NCBI GenBank assembly: GCA_934271715.1
Contig: CAKQRZ010000001.1
Location: 18,819-82,818, forward strand
Direction of reading: 5' to 3'
DNA length: 64,000 bases
DNA from: an uncultured Alphaproteobacteria bacterium
Lineage (GTDB): Bacteria; Pseudomonadota; Alphaproteobacteria; RF32; CAG-239
The notes under the pieces were generated by a model. That model was not told the DNA's origin. It saw only the letters and a program-made list of their open reading frames with translations, and did no database searches. The translations under genes and the position numbers were made by a program. Of this stretch, positions 38,210-48,345 are shown piece after piece. Each line of letters begins with the position of its first letter. Positions within the stretch are counted from its first letter, which is position 1.

Positions 38210-38890
38210 CTAAGGCCAGAGATGAATGGAATAGTGCGCCGCACCGCTGCTTTTAGACAATATGTGGCAGCGTTTTTGAATATCGCTCAGTTTGGCGTCG
38301 GCTAAATCTGTATAGTTAAATAGTATAGCATCATTCACCCCTTCTCCAAAATTTTGCCTAAAATTTGATTTCTTAATTTCCAGTGCTACCGGTTGGATTG
38401 CTAAGACTAAATTGCGGCAAAATTCTTCATTATCCTGCGGCAGATAGGCGTCTTTATTAGCCATAAAATATATTTCCATAACATAATATTTACAGTCTTT
38501 CATATTATATTTATGGATTTCTATATGGTTTCCGCTTTTATCATAAATGGCGTTATTTTCAAAAGTTGTTCCCTCCGGCAGATATCCAAGGTCATTAACT
38601 AAATATGTGATATTTTGAAAGTCTCCTAAATTGCTGCCGAGTTTGGGCTTGATTTCTATCATTGCATGAATAAGTTCTGTAATCATATTGCGCTGAATGT
38701 TTGATTTCCACATATTCATAGCTTTAGAATATCCGGCAATCCCTCCAACAGACAGAACAGCTATTATCGCCAATACACCCAGCATTTCTATCATACTTCT
38801 TCCAAAAAAATTTGCGCCTCTGCCGCCAGTCATCCTAGGCCGTGACGCACGGTCTGTGCCTAGGATCTTGTCGCACCAAGGGCGGTGCAA
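38210..38890 (-). CDS. Type IV pilin-like protein with an A-module 5' region. The frame is open upstream to about 39056, and there is an internal in-frame ATG (leader MTGGRGANFFG).
   Basis: ...RPRMTGGRGANFFG|RSMIEMLGVLAIIAVLSVGGIAGYSKAMNMWK. The C-terminus contains Cys. Confidence 0.75.
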   Translation of the reverse strand: MHRPWCDKILGTDRASRPRMTGGRGANFFGRSMIEMLGVLAIIAVLSVGGIAGYSKAMNMWKSNIQRNMITELIHAMIEIKPKLGSNLGDFQNITYLVNDLGYLPEGTTFENNAIYDKSGNHIEIHKYNMKDCKYYVMEIYFMANKDAYLPQDNEEFCRNLVLAIQPVALEIKKSNFRQNFGEGVNDAILFNYTDLADAKLSDIQKRCHILSKSSGAAHYSIHLWP

Positions 38891-39029
38891 ACCCTCTCCC
38901 TCAAGGGGCGAGGTTGTTAGTTTACTTCTTAATGCGTTATTACCGAAAGTGTTATTTTTTCTGCCAAACTCTGTAAAAACGTACTGAACGGCAGAAAAAG
39001 CGCCTTTAATCAGATGTTCAGGATTTGCA

Positions 39030-39045
39030 GAGAGAGAGATAGAGA
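39030..39045. repeat. Interrupted CT/GA tract of an A-module: (GA)5-TA-GAGA, 16 nt
   Basis: gca gagagagagatagaga cc. It is 2 nt longer than the other four copies and is still out of frame. Confidence 0.9.
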
Positions 39046-39105
39046 CCTTTGGATTGCTTATTTTTCATCTTTCTTTCCTCTTATTTTAAGTTATTTTACA
39101 TTTTT

Positions 39106-39135
39106 ATTCTATACCAGCCGCACTCCATAAGTCAA
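39106..39135 (-). promoter_or_regulatory. Sigma70-like promoter of an A-module (TTGACT-N16/18-TAGAAT)
   Basis: Minus strand: TTGACTtatggagtgcggctggtaTAGAAT. Confidence 0.5.
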
Positions 39136-39145
39136 CCATAAAAAA

Positions 39146-39176
39146 GCAAGGATTTTGTCCTTGCTTTTTTTGATAA
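39146..39176. terminator. Bidirectional terminator hairpin
   Basis: aaaagcaaggattttgtccttgctttttt. Confidence 0.6.
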
Positions 39177-39188
39177 AACAGTCTGATT

Positions 39189-39797
39189 CTATTTTCTGCG
39201 GCTGGCAGATGAAGAGCTTGCCTTTTCAGACTTCTTATTAAATTTAAATAAGTTCTCGCTTAATTTTTTATCTTGTTCCGCATCAAATAAAGAAATTGTA
39301 ACTTCAATATTTTGCTGGTCAATAACTTTCCATTGCTTTAAGCGGAACGGCGCATTGTCAAAAATTAAAGTAATCGGCTTAACTCCCGGAGAGTTCGGCA
39401 TTTCTACCGTAACAGAAGTTTGACCGCTGTCTTTATAAAAATCGGTAACTTTCAGATTTTTGCCGTCAAATTTGATTTTGTTGCTCAAAATCATGGTCGC
39501 CGGAATATCTTTATAGTCTATGTTGGTAATTTGATCCAGCTCTTTATCATTATAAATGATATATTCGCCGTTGCCGACAATCAAAAGCGGATCCGGAGCA
39601 GTATATTCCATACGGATTTTGCTTGGCTTTTCAATATAGATTTTGCCTTCGGCCGAACCGCCGTTGCTGGACATCTGCACAAAATTTGCTTCTAAGGTGC
39701 TGATGTTGTTCAAATAGCTTTCAATTTTGCCGAGGTCGGCATTTTCAGCATGAGCAGAACCGGCAATCAGCAGAGCAGCGAACAAAAGTTTTTTCAT
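39189..39797 (-). CDS. lolA: Outer-membrane lipoprotein carrier protein LolA
   Basis: Signal peptide, then LEANFVQMSSNGG...GKIYIEKPSKIRMEY. Confidence 0.7.
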   Translation of the reverse strand: MKKLLFAALLIAGSAHAENADLGKIESYLNNISTLEANFVQMSSNGGSAEGKIYIEKPSKIRMEYTAPDPLLIVGNGEYIIYNDKELDQITNIDYKDIPATMILSNKIKFDGKNLKVTDFYKDSGQTSVTVEMPNSPGVKPITLIFDNAPFRLKQWKVIDQQNIEVTISLFDAEQDKKLSENLFKFNKKSEKASSSSASRRK

Positions 39798-39826
39798 TTT
39801 ACAATTCCTTTACCAAAAAGGGAAAA

Positions 39827-40366
39827 CTACCATTTTTCCCAATGAACTTTTTGCGGGTTATAGCGGCTGGCTGCAGGCTGTTTAGGCTCTTCGGCCGGCA
39901 CGCCCATCGGAATAATGGCAACCGGGCGCATGTTAGCCGGAATATGCAGTTTTTCCTGCAGATTCTCAATAATTACCGGCATTGGAGCAGCGCCGCAAAA
40001 ACATGCGCCGTAGCCCAAAGCATGAGCCGCCAGCAGCACGCCGTAAGCGGCAATAGTGCCGTCAACATCGGCATACGACCATTTTTCATTTTCTTTATCG
40101 CGGTGAAAGGCTTCATCGGTGTTGCTGCAGACAATGATGGCGCAGGAGGCGTTTTTAGCAAACGATGTCCACGGCTGAATTGTGCGCAGAGAAGCTAATT
40201 TTTCAGCATCTTCAATTACTAAAAATTCCCACGGCTGCTTATTGTGGGCAGACGGCGAATATGAAACGGCATCTAAAATTTTTTCTATATCTTCATGCGG
40301 AATTTTTTTGGTTGTGTCATATAAACGAACCGAACGGCGGGTTTTCAGACCTTCTAACAATTCCAT
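39827..40366 (-). CDS. Nitroreductase family protein
   Basis: LKTRRSVRLYD...SPSAHNKQPWEFLVI. Confidence 0.7.
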   Translation of the reverse strand: MELLEGLKTRRSVRLYDTTKKIPHEDIEKILDAVSYSPSAHNKQPWEFLVIEDAEKLASLRTIQPWTSFAKNASCAIIVCSNTDEAFHRDKENEKWSYADVDGTIAAYGVLLAAHALGYGACFCGAAPMPVIIENLQEKLHIPANMRPVAIIPMGVPAEEPKQPAASRYNPQKVHWEKW

Positions 40367-40382
40367 TTTTTTCTCCTTAATA

Positions 40383-40982
40383 TTAGTTAACAACGCGGCG
40401 CAGGCTGTCAATATGCGGTAAAACATAGTGTTCTATCAGCATATTGATTGATTTAGCCGCCATTTTATCACATTGAATAATTGCGTCAAAAACATTTTTA
40501 TTGCTTTTTTCGGGGCTGATTTTGCCGACCAGCGAGCGGTATACCTCAGCCAGCTGAGTCAGAGAATCTATCACTTCGGCAATATAAGCCGGCACTTTGA
40601 TATCTTCTTTGCCGCCCCAAAAGCCCTCTACAAAACCGAGCTCCAGCTCATTGTAGCGGTCTTCGCAGACGGTTATAAGGTCGTCTGCCGGCTCTATGCG
40701 CGGCAAAACAATGCTGTTGGCCGAAACCAGCTCAAACATTTCATCCCATAACCCCATGAAAAATTTAAAGAACAGTTCGGCTTCGTTTTTAGTTTCCAGA
40801 CGCGGCGCCAGATTATTCTGCCAAAAAGAGGCTATTACGTCGGTCGGGCGCAGCTCGCTGTTGGGGCTGCAGACAGCACCGGCAAAACGCAGCTTTACTA
40901 CCTCTAAGGGAGTAGGGCAATTATAGTGTTCCAAAAATTTTTTGAACTTATCATCACCAATATATTTATTTTCGCTTTTCAT
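40383..40982 (-). CDS. Hypothetical protein
   Basis: 199-aa ORF with no recognised motif. Confidence 0.35.
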   Translation of the reverse strand: MKSENKYIGDDKFKKFLEHYNCPTPLEVVKLRFAGAVCSPNSELRPTDVIASFWQNNLAPRLETKNEAELFFKFFMGLWDEMFELVSANSIVLPRIEPADDLITVCEDRYNELELGFVEGFWGGKEDIKVPAYIAEVIDSLTQLAEVYRSLVGKISPEKSNKNVFDAIIQCDKMAAKSINMLIEHYVLPHIDSLRRVVN

Positions 40983-41028
40983 TTTAATATTCTTTGTATA
41001 TTATACCTTTTACTGAAAGTATAATTTA

Positions 41029-41397
41029 ATGGAGTTTTTTAAATTGTCTAGTCTAAAATTTGCAATAAGCACGATATTTATGCTGAGTTTGTGCGGATGC
41101 AGTCTTTTAAATCCCTATATTGACCGCCGCCGCAACCCCGGAGTTCAGGATGCGGCCTTGCTGTACAGCGGTCCCTCAAAGCCGGAAGCCCCTGTGGTCT
41201 GCTATAACGGTTTATGGAGCAGCGATGAGGAATTACAAGAACTTGCCACGGCAGAGTGTATTAAACAAGGGACAGGAGACTATGCGGAATTTTTGCAAAA
41301 AACTCATCTGGACGGCAAATTGCTGCTGCCAAGCCATGCTTATTATAAATGTGTAAATAAAAAAGGAATAAAAAATGAATCTTCAACCGGAAAATAA
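41029..41397 (+). CDS. Small lipoprotein
   Basis: Lipobox MLSLCGCSL. Confidence 0.4.
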   Translation: MEFFKLSSLKFAISTIFMLSLCGCSLLNPYIDRRRNPGVQDAALLYSGPSKPEAPVVCYNGLWSSDEELQELATAECIKQGTGDYAEFLQKTHLDGKLLLPSHAYYKCVNKKGIKNESSTGK

Positions 41398-43126
41398 ATT
41401 AAATGCTGACTTAACAAAGATTTTTGAAAAATTGGGCTTAGACACCCGTTTTGCGGCCGTAAAAGTCTCCGACCGCGCCGATTTAAGCGATTTTCAATGC
41501 AACGGTGCATTGGCGCTGGCGAAAATTGCCCATAAAAATCCGCGGGAAATAGCTCAGGCGATTGCTGATGAGTTGAAAAACTGTCCGGAAATTATCGCTG
41601 TTTCGGTTGACGGACCGGGCTTTATCAATATTAAACTGACTAATGATTTTATTGCCGAAACTATGGATAAAATGGCGGCGGATGAGCGTCTGGGCTGCGG
41701 CATGATTGAGAATCCGCATAAGGTGGTTTTGGATTTCGGCGGTCCGAATGTGGCTAAGGAAATGCACGTCGGACACCTGCGTTCCGGTGTTATCGGCGAG
41801 AGTATTCAGCGCATAGAGCGTTTTGCCGGCAATGAAGTTGTTTCGGATGTTCACTTGGGCGACTGGGGAACGCCGATGGGAATGATTTTGGCGGAAATTA
41901 TTCATCAGGACGGCGATTTATCCAAAGTAAACAGCTATAATATTGAAGAAATTACAGTTTTTTATAAAAAAGCCAATATCCGCTGCAAAGAAGATGAAGC
42001 CGCCAAAGAAACCGCGCGCAAAATTACCGCCGCTTTGCAAGAGGGCAATCCGGAATATCGCAAGGCTTGGCAGCATTTGCGCAGCGAATCGGTAAACGCC
42101 ATTAAAAAGAACTATGAGCAGCTGGATGTGCATTTTGATTTGTGGTGGGGCGAAAGCGACGCTCATGAAACTTGCGGCGAGATTGTAAAGCTTGCCCGCG
42201 AAAAAGGTATTTCTGAGGTTGACAACGGGGCGGAAATTATCCGTCTGGAAGAGGGCAATAAGCCGAAACCGCCAGTAATTTTGATTAAGTCCGACGGCGG
42301 CTACACTTATCACACTACCGACATTGCCACCATTAAAATGCGGGTTGACCAGCTGCAGGCGCAAGAAATTGTTTATTTTACCGACAGCCGCCAAGCCCTG
42401 CACTTTGAACAGGTTTTTGAGGGTGTGGCTAAACTGGGTATTGCGCCGAATGTTGAGCTGGAGCATATCGTATTCGGCACGGTCAACGGCGCGGACGGCA
42501 AGCCGTTCAAAACCCGCGACGGCGGCGTGATGAATCTGGAAACTTTAATTGAAATGTCAAAGGATAAAGTGCGTCAATCTCTGCCGAAAGCCGGAGAAGT
42601 TGCCGGTTACGGCGAAGCAGAAATTGAAAAGCTGGTTTCGCAGATTGCCGTTGCCGCCATTAAGTTCCAAGATTTGAAAAATACCATTGCTTCCGGCTAT
42701 GTGTTTGAGCTGGAAGACTTTGCTAAGTTTGAGGGCAAAACCGGCCCGTATATTCAATACGCCGTCGCCCGCATTAACTCTATTTTGCGCAAGGCCAAGG
42801 CTAATAATCTGACTGCCGGCAAAGTTATTTTGCAAGCTAACGAAGAGCGGGTTTTGGCTTTGAAATTGGCGCAGGTGCATAGTGTGGTAATGCGCGCATT
42901 AAAAGACAAAGAACCGAGCATTATCGCCGACTATGCCTACACTTTGGCGCAAACATTCAGCACATTTTACAACGCTTGCCCGATTATGACTGCCAAAACG
43001 CAAGAGCTGGCGGCCTCTCGTTTGAAAATGGCTAAGCTGGTGCGCGACGTGCTGACCTTAATGCTGTATTTATTGGGTATTGAAGCACCGGAAGTTATGC
43101 TGAAAGCCGCAAATCAAGGAGAATAA
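41375..43126 (+). CDS. argS: Arginine--tRNA ligase
   Basis: 583 aa. HIGH-like HVGHLRSG. Class I tRNA-synthetase architecture with a DALR-like C-terminus. Confidence 0.85.
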   Translation: MNLQPENKLNADLTKIFEKLGLDTRFAAVKVSDRADLSDFQCNGALALAKIAHKNPREIAQAIADELKNCPEIIAVSVDGPGFINIKLTNDFIAETMDKMAADERLGCGMIENPHKVVLDFGGPNVAKEMHVGHLRSGVIGESIQRIERFAGNEVVSDVHLGDWGTPMGMILAEIIHQDGDLSKVNSYNIEEITVFYKKANIRCKEDEAAKETARKITAALQEGNPEYRKAWQHLRSESVNAIKKNYEQLDVHFDLWWGESDAHETCGEIVKLAREKGISEVDNGAEIIRLEEGNKPKPPVILIKSDGGYTYHTTDIATIKMRVDQLQAQEIVYFTDSRQALHFEQVFEGVAKLGIAPNVELEHIVFGTVNGADGKPFKTRDGGVMNLETLIEMSKDKVRQSLPKAGEVAGYGEAEIEKLVSQIAVAAIKFQDLKNTIASGYVFELEDFAKFEGKTGPYIQYAVARINSILRKAKANNLTAGKVILQANEERVLALKLAQVHSVVMRALKDKEPSIIADYAYTLAQTFSTFYNACPIMTAKTQELAASRLKMAKLVRDVLTLMLYLLGIEAPEVMLKAANQGE

Positions 43127-43127
43127 A

Positions 43128-44345
43128 ATGGAAAAAACATCAACACAAACGCCGGAAAAATTGCACGATGAAAATTATTGGCTGATGATTTTAGCCTATT
43201 TTTCCGCTTTTTTAATCGGCTTGGGAATTATCGCTTTGGTTGCCGCCAACTGGGAACAAATTCCAAACAATGTAAAACTTGGCGGCGCAATAGTTTTGAT
43301 GATAGCCAACGCTTCTGCGGTGATACTATCTATAAAATTCAAAAAAAACATACTGACTCAAGTGCTGTGCGGAGTGTTCGCCGCTTTGATTATGGCGGTA
43401 ATCGGACTGATTGGGCAAATATTCCAACTGCGTTCAGATGTCAGCGGAGCTTGCCTGTTGTGGGCGGTATGCGCTTGGCCGCTGTTTTTAATCACGCCGC
43501 GTCTGCTCTGGCTTTGGATACCACTGCTTTTTGTCGGCACAAAATCATTCACGCTCTATAACACTTTTGCTGAAGATATATTGATAATTGACAGAGGCTG
43601 GAGCTACACTACAGCAAACTGTATCTGCAGCCTGACTGTTTTTTATGGTCTAATATTTGCCTATGAACTTTGGATGATTTACGCCAAACCGGCAAATAAA
43701 ACCGTAGAACGTCCGCTGCGTTTTTATTGCGGAACTTTGCTGCTGTCGGCCGCTCCGCTAAGCTGCCGTCCCTTGTTTACCAATGTTGCTTTTGCGGATA
43801 TTCCGTGGTCAACTATTGCTCTGTCTTCTTACGGATATATTTTAGCGGCGTTTCTTATTTATGCCTTAAACCGCAAACACCGCAGAGTTAGCTTTATGCC
43901 TTTGTTTTTACTAGGATTTGTGGTTGAAAGCGTACTGCTAAAACTGGGAATTCTTCAAGACAATGTGGAATCTGTTTTGGCGCTGACTAGCTTGTTGCTG
44001 ATGTGGGGCTACGCTTATTATCACAAAATGCCGCGTTTCAGATATTTGACTTTGTTCGCGCTGTTGGTGTGGTTCTTTGCCACTTTCAGCTGGGATGTAT
44101 TCAATCTTGTTCCGTCTTTGCTTATTTGCGCGGCTTTGGCTGTTTACGCCTATCTGAACAACAGCCGCCGCTTGTTTAATGTTGCGGTGTTGGCGGCGGT
44201 TATCCGTCTGCTTTACTATTATGCCGACGCAAGCAATTTAACCTATTTAGGAATATATCTTATTGGCTCCGGCTTACTGCTGCTGGCAACGATTTTTGCT
44301 CTGGTTAAATATGGTAAGTTATTGTGGGAGAAAAAACATGACTAA
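43128..44345 (+). CDS. Multi-pass membrane protein (DUF2157-like)
   Basis: About 11 predicted TM helices. It overlaps the GDYXXLXY gene by 8 nt. Confidence 0.45.
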   Translation: MEKTSTQTPEKLHDENYWLMILAYFSAFLIGLGIIALVAANWEQIPNNVKLGGAIVLMIANASAVILSIKFKKNILTQVLCGVFAALIMAVIGLIGQIFQLRSDVSGACLLWAVCAWPLFLITPRLLWLWIPLLFVGTKSFTLYNTFAEDILIIDRGWSYTTANCICSLTVFYGLIFAYELWMIYAKPANKTVERPLRFYCGTLLLSAAPLSCRPLFTNVAFADIPWSTIALSSYGYILAAFLIYALNRKHRRVSFMPLFLLGFVVESVLLKLGILQDNVESVLALTSLLLMWGYAYYHKMPRFRYLTLFALLVWFFATFSWDVFNLVPSLLICAALAVYAYLNNSRRLFNVAVLAAVIRLLYYYADASNLTYLGIYLIGSGLLLLATIFALVKYGKLLWEKKHD

Positions 44346-44742
44346 ATTTGCTAAAATCTGCGCTGTTTTATTGTTTGTGCCGGTTGTAATTTTGTCGGTG
44401 TATATGCTGCGGCTGACATATTTAACCCATTTTGAAAAAGTGGAAATTGCGGTAAAAGGCTATGACCCCAAAGACTTTTTTTCCGGTTATTATGTCGCTC
44501 TGCAGCCGAATTGGCAAAAAACCGATTGTTCACAATTTGTCGGCAATACTTGCCCTAAAAAAGAATTTGCCGAAGTTTATTCTTTTTATGTAAAAGAAGA
44601 CAATGCCAGAAAGTTGGAAAAAGCCATTGCTGCTAAAAATGTGGTGCTGGAATTTTCATATCAATCCGGTTATCAGCCATTGATTACAAACTTAAAAATA
44701 GACGGCGTGTCTTATAAAGATTATCTGAAAGAAGAAAACTGA
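44338..44742 (+). CDS. GDYXXLXY domain protein
   Basis: KGYDPKDFFSGYYVAL matches the GDYxxLxY signature. An N-terminal TM segment is present. Confidence 0.55.
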   Translation: MTKFAKICAVLLFVPVVILSVYMLRLTYLTHFEKVEIAVKGYDPKDFFSGYYVALQPNWQKTDCSQFVGNTCPKKEFAEVYSFYVKEDNARKLEKAIAAKNVVLEFSYQSGYQPLITNLKIDGVSYKDYLKEEN

Positions 44743-44824
44743 AAATATTTCTGGACAAATATGGAATTTTAGACTAAATTAAAAGGCATAGAATTATATT
44801 TATGTCTTTTAATTTTTATGCCTT

Positions 44825-45037
44825 ATGAAAAAGTTTTTATTCTTTTTGTTTGCTGCTATCGGTATTTGTACTTTGAGCAGCTGCGGCAGTATTGGTATTG
44901 AGTGGATTGATACTGATTATTATAACGGATATTACAATAATCCTTACGGCACGGTAATCTACTACAACTCTCCGGTTGTGACAAGATACACATATCCGTT
45001 GCCGCCGCCACCGCCGCCAAGATACCGCTATCGTTGA
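44825..45037 (+). CDS. Small lipoprotein with a C-terminal PPPPPP tract
   Basis: MKKFLFFLFAAIGICTLSSCGS. Contains a Y/N-rich region. Confidence 0.45.
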   Translation: MKKFLFFLFAAIGICTLSSCGSIGIEWIDTDYYNGYYNNPYGTVIYYNSPVVTRYTYPLPPPPPPRYRYR

Positions 45038-45043
45038 AGTAAA

Positions 45044-45075
45044 AAAACGCTTTCTTAATTAAGAAGGCGTTTTTC
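45044..45075. terminator. Palindromic terminator
   Basis: aaacgctttcttaattaagaaggcgttttt. Confidence 0.6.
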
Positions 45076-45095
45076 TTATATAAGTATGGCTATGT

Positions 45096-45929
45096 TTAAA
45101 AAGTCATAACAATATGGCACCACGGAGATTTATCTGTACAAGATTTACACATCTCATCAATTTTATTTAAGGTAAGTTCGTTAAGACATTTATTTTCTCC
45201 GCCGCAATAATTGTCTCCATAATATGCGTAGTCCGAAGCCACCGTATGACGATAAAAACTGACATAATATAGGGCGCTATGCAAAGGTTTCATTACATTA
45301 TTGTATAGAGCTCGGCAATATTCAAGATTAGTTTTGTCCGGCAGAATTATACCCTTTTGTTGGTCAATAATACCTATTTCAAAAACCAAATGGCCGTTGC
45401 GAACAAAAGGCCAAACCCAATGATTTTGGGAATCAATAAGCGTAAGTCCCGAATTAGACCATGTTGTTGGAGTTAAATTTGCAGCAATGGCAAATTCAGT
45501 TAAATAGAGCTGAGAACCGTTTGAATTTAATTTTTCATAGTCTGGCAGATGCTCAATCAATCCGGTAATAAAATAAGTGTATTCTTCTATAATTTTATTG
45601 ACCTTAAATTTTTCCATTGCTTTGGAATATCCGGCGATGCCGCCGACTGATAGAACACCAATAATCGCCAGAACGCCCAGCATTTCAATCATTGACCGAC
45701 CGGCTGAAACCGCGTATAGCGGCGCATCTAAAGCAGTTTTACGCTGTCTCAAAAAATTCATGTACCTCCAATGTACACTAGGATTTTTTTCGCAGCTAGA
45801 AACCACTTTATCTACACCACTCTCCGCAGTTTCGAGGAGTTTTGAGGTGTATTGACGCACGACATCCAAACCCTTAAATGTGATGTTGTTTCTTTCGGCG
45901 TCATTGCGAGGAGTGTAACGACGAAGCAA
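45096..45929 (-). CDS. Type IV pilin-like protein with an A-module 5' region. The frame is open upstream to 46082, and the ATG at 46091-46093 is out of frame.
   Basis: ...YAVSAG|RSMIEMLGVLAIIGVLSVGGIAGYSKAMEKFK. An internal in-frame M would give a 21-aa leader. The C-terminal tail is CKSCTDKSPWCHIVMTF. Confidence 0.75.
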   Translation of the reverse strand: MLRRYTPRNDAERNNITFKGLDVVRQYTSKLLETAESGVDKVVSSCEKNPSVHWRYMNFLRQRKTALDAPLYAVSAGRSMIEMLGVLAIIGVLSVGGIAGYSKAMEKFKVNKIIEEYTYFITGLIEHLPDYEKLNSNGSQLYLTEFAIAANLTPTTWSNSGLTLIDSQNHWVWPFVRNGHLVFEIGIIDQQKGIILPDKTNLEYCRALYNNVMKPLHSALYYVSFYRHTVASDYAYYGDNYCGGENKCLNELTLNKIDEMCKSCTDKSPWCHIVMTF

Positions 45930-46056
45930 TCCAGAACCCTTTATAGAGTAGCTACTGAATGTGTTTTTTCCGAATGTGTGATTTTTTGCGCCGAACTCTG
46001 CAGAAACACGCTGAGCGGCGAAAAATGCGCCTTTAATCAGATGTTTAGGATTTGCA

Positions 46057-46070
46057 GAGAGAGAGAGAGA
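46057..46070. repeat. (GA)7/(CT)7 tract of an A-module
   Basis: Direct reading. The ATG frame reads MKNKLFKGLSLSLQILNI*. The pilin frame reads ...SLSLSANPKHLIKGAFFAAQRVSAEFG... Confidence 0.9.
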
Positions 46071-46251
46071 CCTTTGAATAGCTTATTTTTCATCTTTCTT
46101 TCCTCTTATTTTAAGTTAACTACGACATTTATTTTAACTAAATAAAACCGGAAAGTAAAGATAATTTTGGTATCGTCATGCGTTGTTTTAAGTGTCAGTA
46201 AAAACAGTAAAAGCCTGTCTTTTATAAGACAGGCTTTTAAAAAGGATTTGT

Positions 46252-47148
46252 TTAGATAGCTACATCCAAAGCATTGCTTAAGCAGGTTGCATAGCGTTCG
46301 CGTTCGGCAAAACGCTCAAATTCGCGGGGATAGTCGTTAACCACAGCCTTGAACTGATTTTCCATTAACGCTATAGTGCCGAAACAATCTTCCTGCATCA
46401 AGAAATCCAGCCCCAGCGGATGAATCGCAAAAATACGGAAGTTTGCCGTATCGTCTGGAGATTCTGCCGTAGAGTTCAGATATTCCTGCATGTCTTTGGC
46501 CGGAATCAGCGCTGCCCAGCGGCAAATAACGTTTTTCACTTTCGGAGCAGCTGTGCTCATGTCAAACTTATTAAGAAAATGAATGACATAGTAGCTTTTT
46601 CCTTCATCAACCAGCGTTTCAATTTCGCCGCAATGCAAAAGAGTTTCGTCAGACGCATCGCGGCGCAGCTGCTGTATCGGGAAAATTCCTTTCCAAGATT
46701 CGGCTGTCAGCACCGTAGACTTGCGGGCGATGTCAAAGGCGCTCAGCTTGTCCGGATGCTGGGCTGCAAAGCAGCGCCACCAATCGTAAAGCAGTTTGTC
46801 TGCACCGTCATCAGTATCAGCCTCCGTTTTGCCGGATAACTGCATAAAACAGCGCAAAAGCTGATTCCACTCACGCACATCATCTGCCGAAGCCAGCTGC
46901 TGCGGGATGGCGTTATGCTGAAAAATCAGATTTTCAACACAAGCAGCGGCAGCCGGAACCGGGTGTTGCTTCTTCATGCGCTTGTACATGCCAACCAACA
47001 CTTTGAGCGCCGGAACAGTCAATTTTTGCTCACAAGAACAAAAATCTGCGAGTACCTGCCATTTACGGGTGCAGCTGATAGACTTAAGGTGTGCCAAAGA
47101 TGCATCGTTAACCTTAGATTTGCTAAAAACTTTTGAATCCATACACAA
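46252..47148 (-). CDS. Hypothetical protein
   Basis: 298-aa ORF. Confidence 0.35.
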   Translation of the reverse strand: MCMDSKVFSKSKVNDASLAHLKSISCTRKWQVLADFCSCEQKLTVPALKVLVGMYKRMKKQHPVPAAAACVENLIFQHNAIPQQLASADDVREWNQLLRCFMQLSGKTEADTDDGADKLLYDWWRCFAAQHPDKLSAFDIARKSTVLTAESWKGIFPIQQLRRDASDETLLHCGEIETLVDEGKSYYVIHFLNKFDMSTAAPKVKNVICRWAALIPAKDMQEYLNSTAESPDDTANFRIFAIHPLGLDFLMQEDCFGTIALMENQFKAVVNDYPREFERFAERERYATCLSNALDVAI

Positions 47149-47227
47149 AAATATTAAATGAGTGAATAATTAAAATTTGCCTCAATATAATATATTTTGT
47201 ATTTTCTGTCAACTTTATAATAAAAAA

Positions 47228-47542
47228 TTATTCATCGTCCAAAATGATAAACTCATCATCGCCGATAACGTTTAAAACGGCGCGGGCGCGCTCGTCCAGC
47301 AAGTCTAAATCCAGATTAGAAGAGGAGAGAAGCTTTACTTTCTGCTCCCAGTTTTGGCGCTGCTTATCATAATTTTCATTAACTTTTTCGGCCTCTGCCA
47401 CTTTATCCATTAAATACATATAACGGAAAAAGCCGCGGTCGCCTTTAATGGCAAAATATGTGAAATATGAAAATAAGGCCATTAGCAGCACAATAAAGCC
47501 GGAGCTTTTACATTTGGCAACTATATATGACCAGAATCCCAT
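47228..47542 (-). CDS. Septum formation initiator (FtsB/DivIC-like)
   Basis: N-terminal TM segment followed by a coiled coil. Length is 104 aa. Confidence 0.5.
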   Translation of the reverse strand: MGFWSYIVAKCKSSGFIVLLMALFSYFTYFAIKGDRGFFRYMYLMDKVAEAEKVNENYDKQRQNWEQKVKLLSSSNLDLDLLDERARAVLNVIGDDEFIILDDE

Positions 47543-47625
47543 TTTTTCCTCGTTTCACTATTATAGATTTCGCTGTTTTTGTAATTAGAACCTATCTTAG
47601 TTAAAAAAAAGTTAGTTTCAGCAGC

Positions 47626-48345
47626 TTAATAAAAATTTTCTGTAGTCTTTAGAAAACGGCTGTTTTTGTTGTCTATCAGCTTTCCGTCTTTCAGGCTGAC
47701 GACTCTGTCCATTTTGTTCGCTAAATCAATATTATGCGTGGCAATCAGCGCCGAAAGTCCGGTTTCTTTCACCACTTCCAGCAAAGTTAAAAAAACATTG
47801 TCTGAAGTGTTGGGGTCAAGATTCCCGGTCGGTTCATCCGCCAAAAGCAGCTTCGGAGTGTTTGCCAGCGCGCGGGCAATCGCGACTCGCTGCTGTTCGC
47901 CGCCGGAAAGCTCTGCCGGACGGTGATGCTCCCGCTCGTTCAGCCCCAAACGCTGCAGCAGCCACATGGCTTTGTCGCGGGCTTCTTTATACTTAACTCC
48001 GGCAATCAGCTGCGGAATAATCACATTTTCGGCTGCGTCAAAATCCGGCAGCAGGTTATGATACTGATAAACAAAGCCTAAATAGTCGCGGCGCAGGGCT
48101 GTGCGGACATTATCGGAATTTCCGGTGCAGTTTTCGCCGTCAATATAAACTTCTCCCTCGGTCGGATTTTCAAGCAAGCCGGCAATCTGCAGCAGGGTGG
48201 ATTTTCCAGAGCCGGACGGACCGATTAAAGCCACTACTTCTTTAGGGCGGATTTCTAAGTTTACATCTTTCAAAACTTCAAGAATTTCATTGCCCTGTCT
48301 GAAAGTTTTGTTAATATTTTTTAGGGTTAAGGTTGTATTATTCAT
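47626..48345 (-). CDS. lolD: Lipoprotein-releasing ABC transporter ATP-binding protein
   Basis: Walker A GPSGSGKST, signature LSGGEQQRVAIARAL, Walker B LLLADEPTGNLD. Confidence 0.8.
   Translation of the reverse strand: MNNTTLTLKNINKTFRQGNEILEVLKDVNLEIRPKEVVALIGPSGSGKSTLLQIAGLLENPTEGEVYIDGENCTGNSDNVRTALRRDYLGFVYQYHNLLPDFDAAENVIIPQLIAGVKYKEARDKAMWLLQRLGLNEREHHRPAELSGGEQQRVAIARALANTPKLLLADEPTGNLDPNTSDNVFLTLLEVVKETGLSALIATHNIDLANKMDRVVSLKDGKLIDNKNSRFLKTTENFY

Noticed and set aside
38697-38987. Plus-strand ORF (96 aa) and similar ORFs at 45577..45855, 26004..26282 and 54764..54946, antisense to the pilin N-terminal regions.
   Set aside because: They arise in every pilin copy because the conserved pilin N-terminus happens to be open on the opposite strand. 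No start or RBS context.
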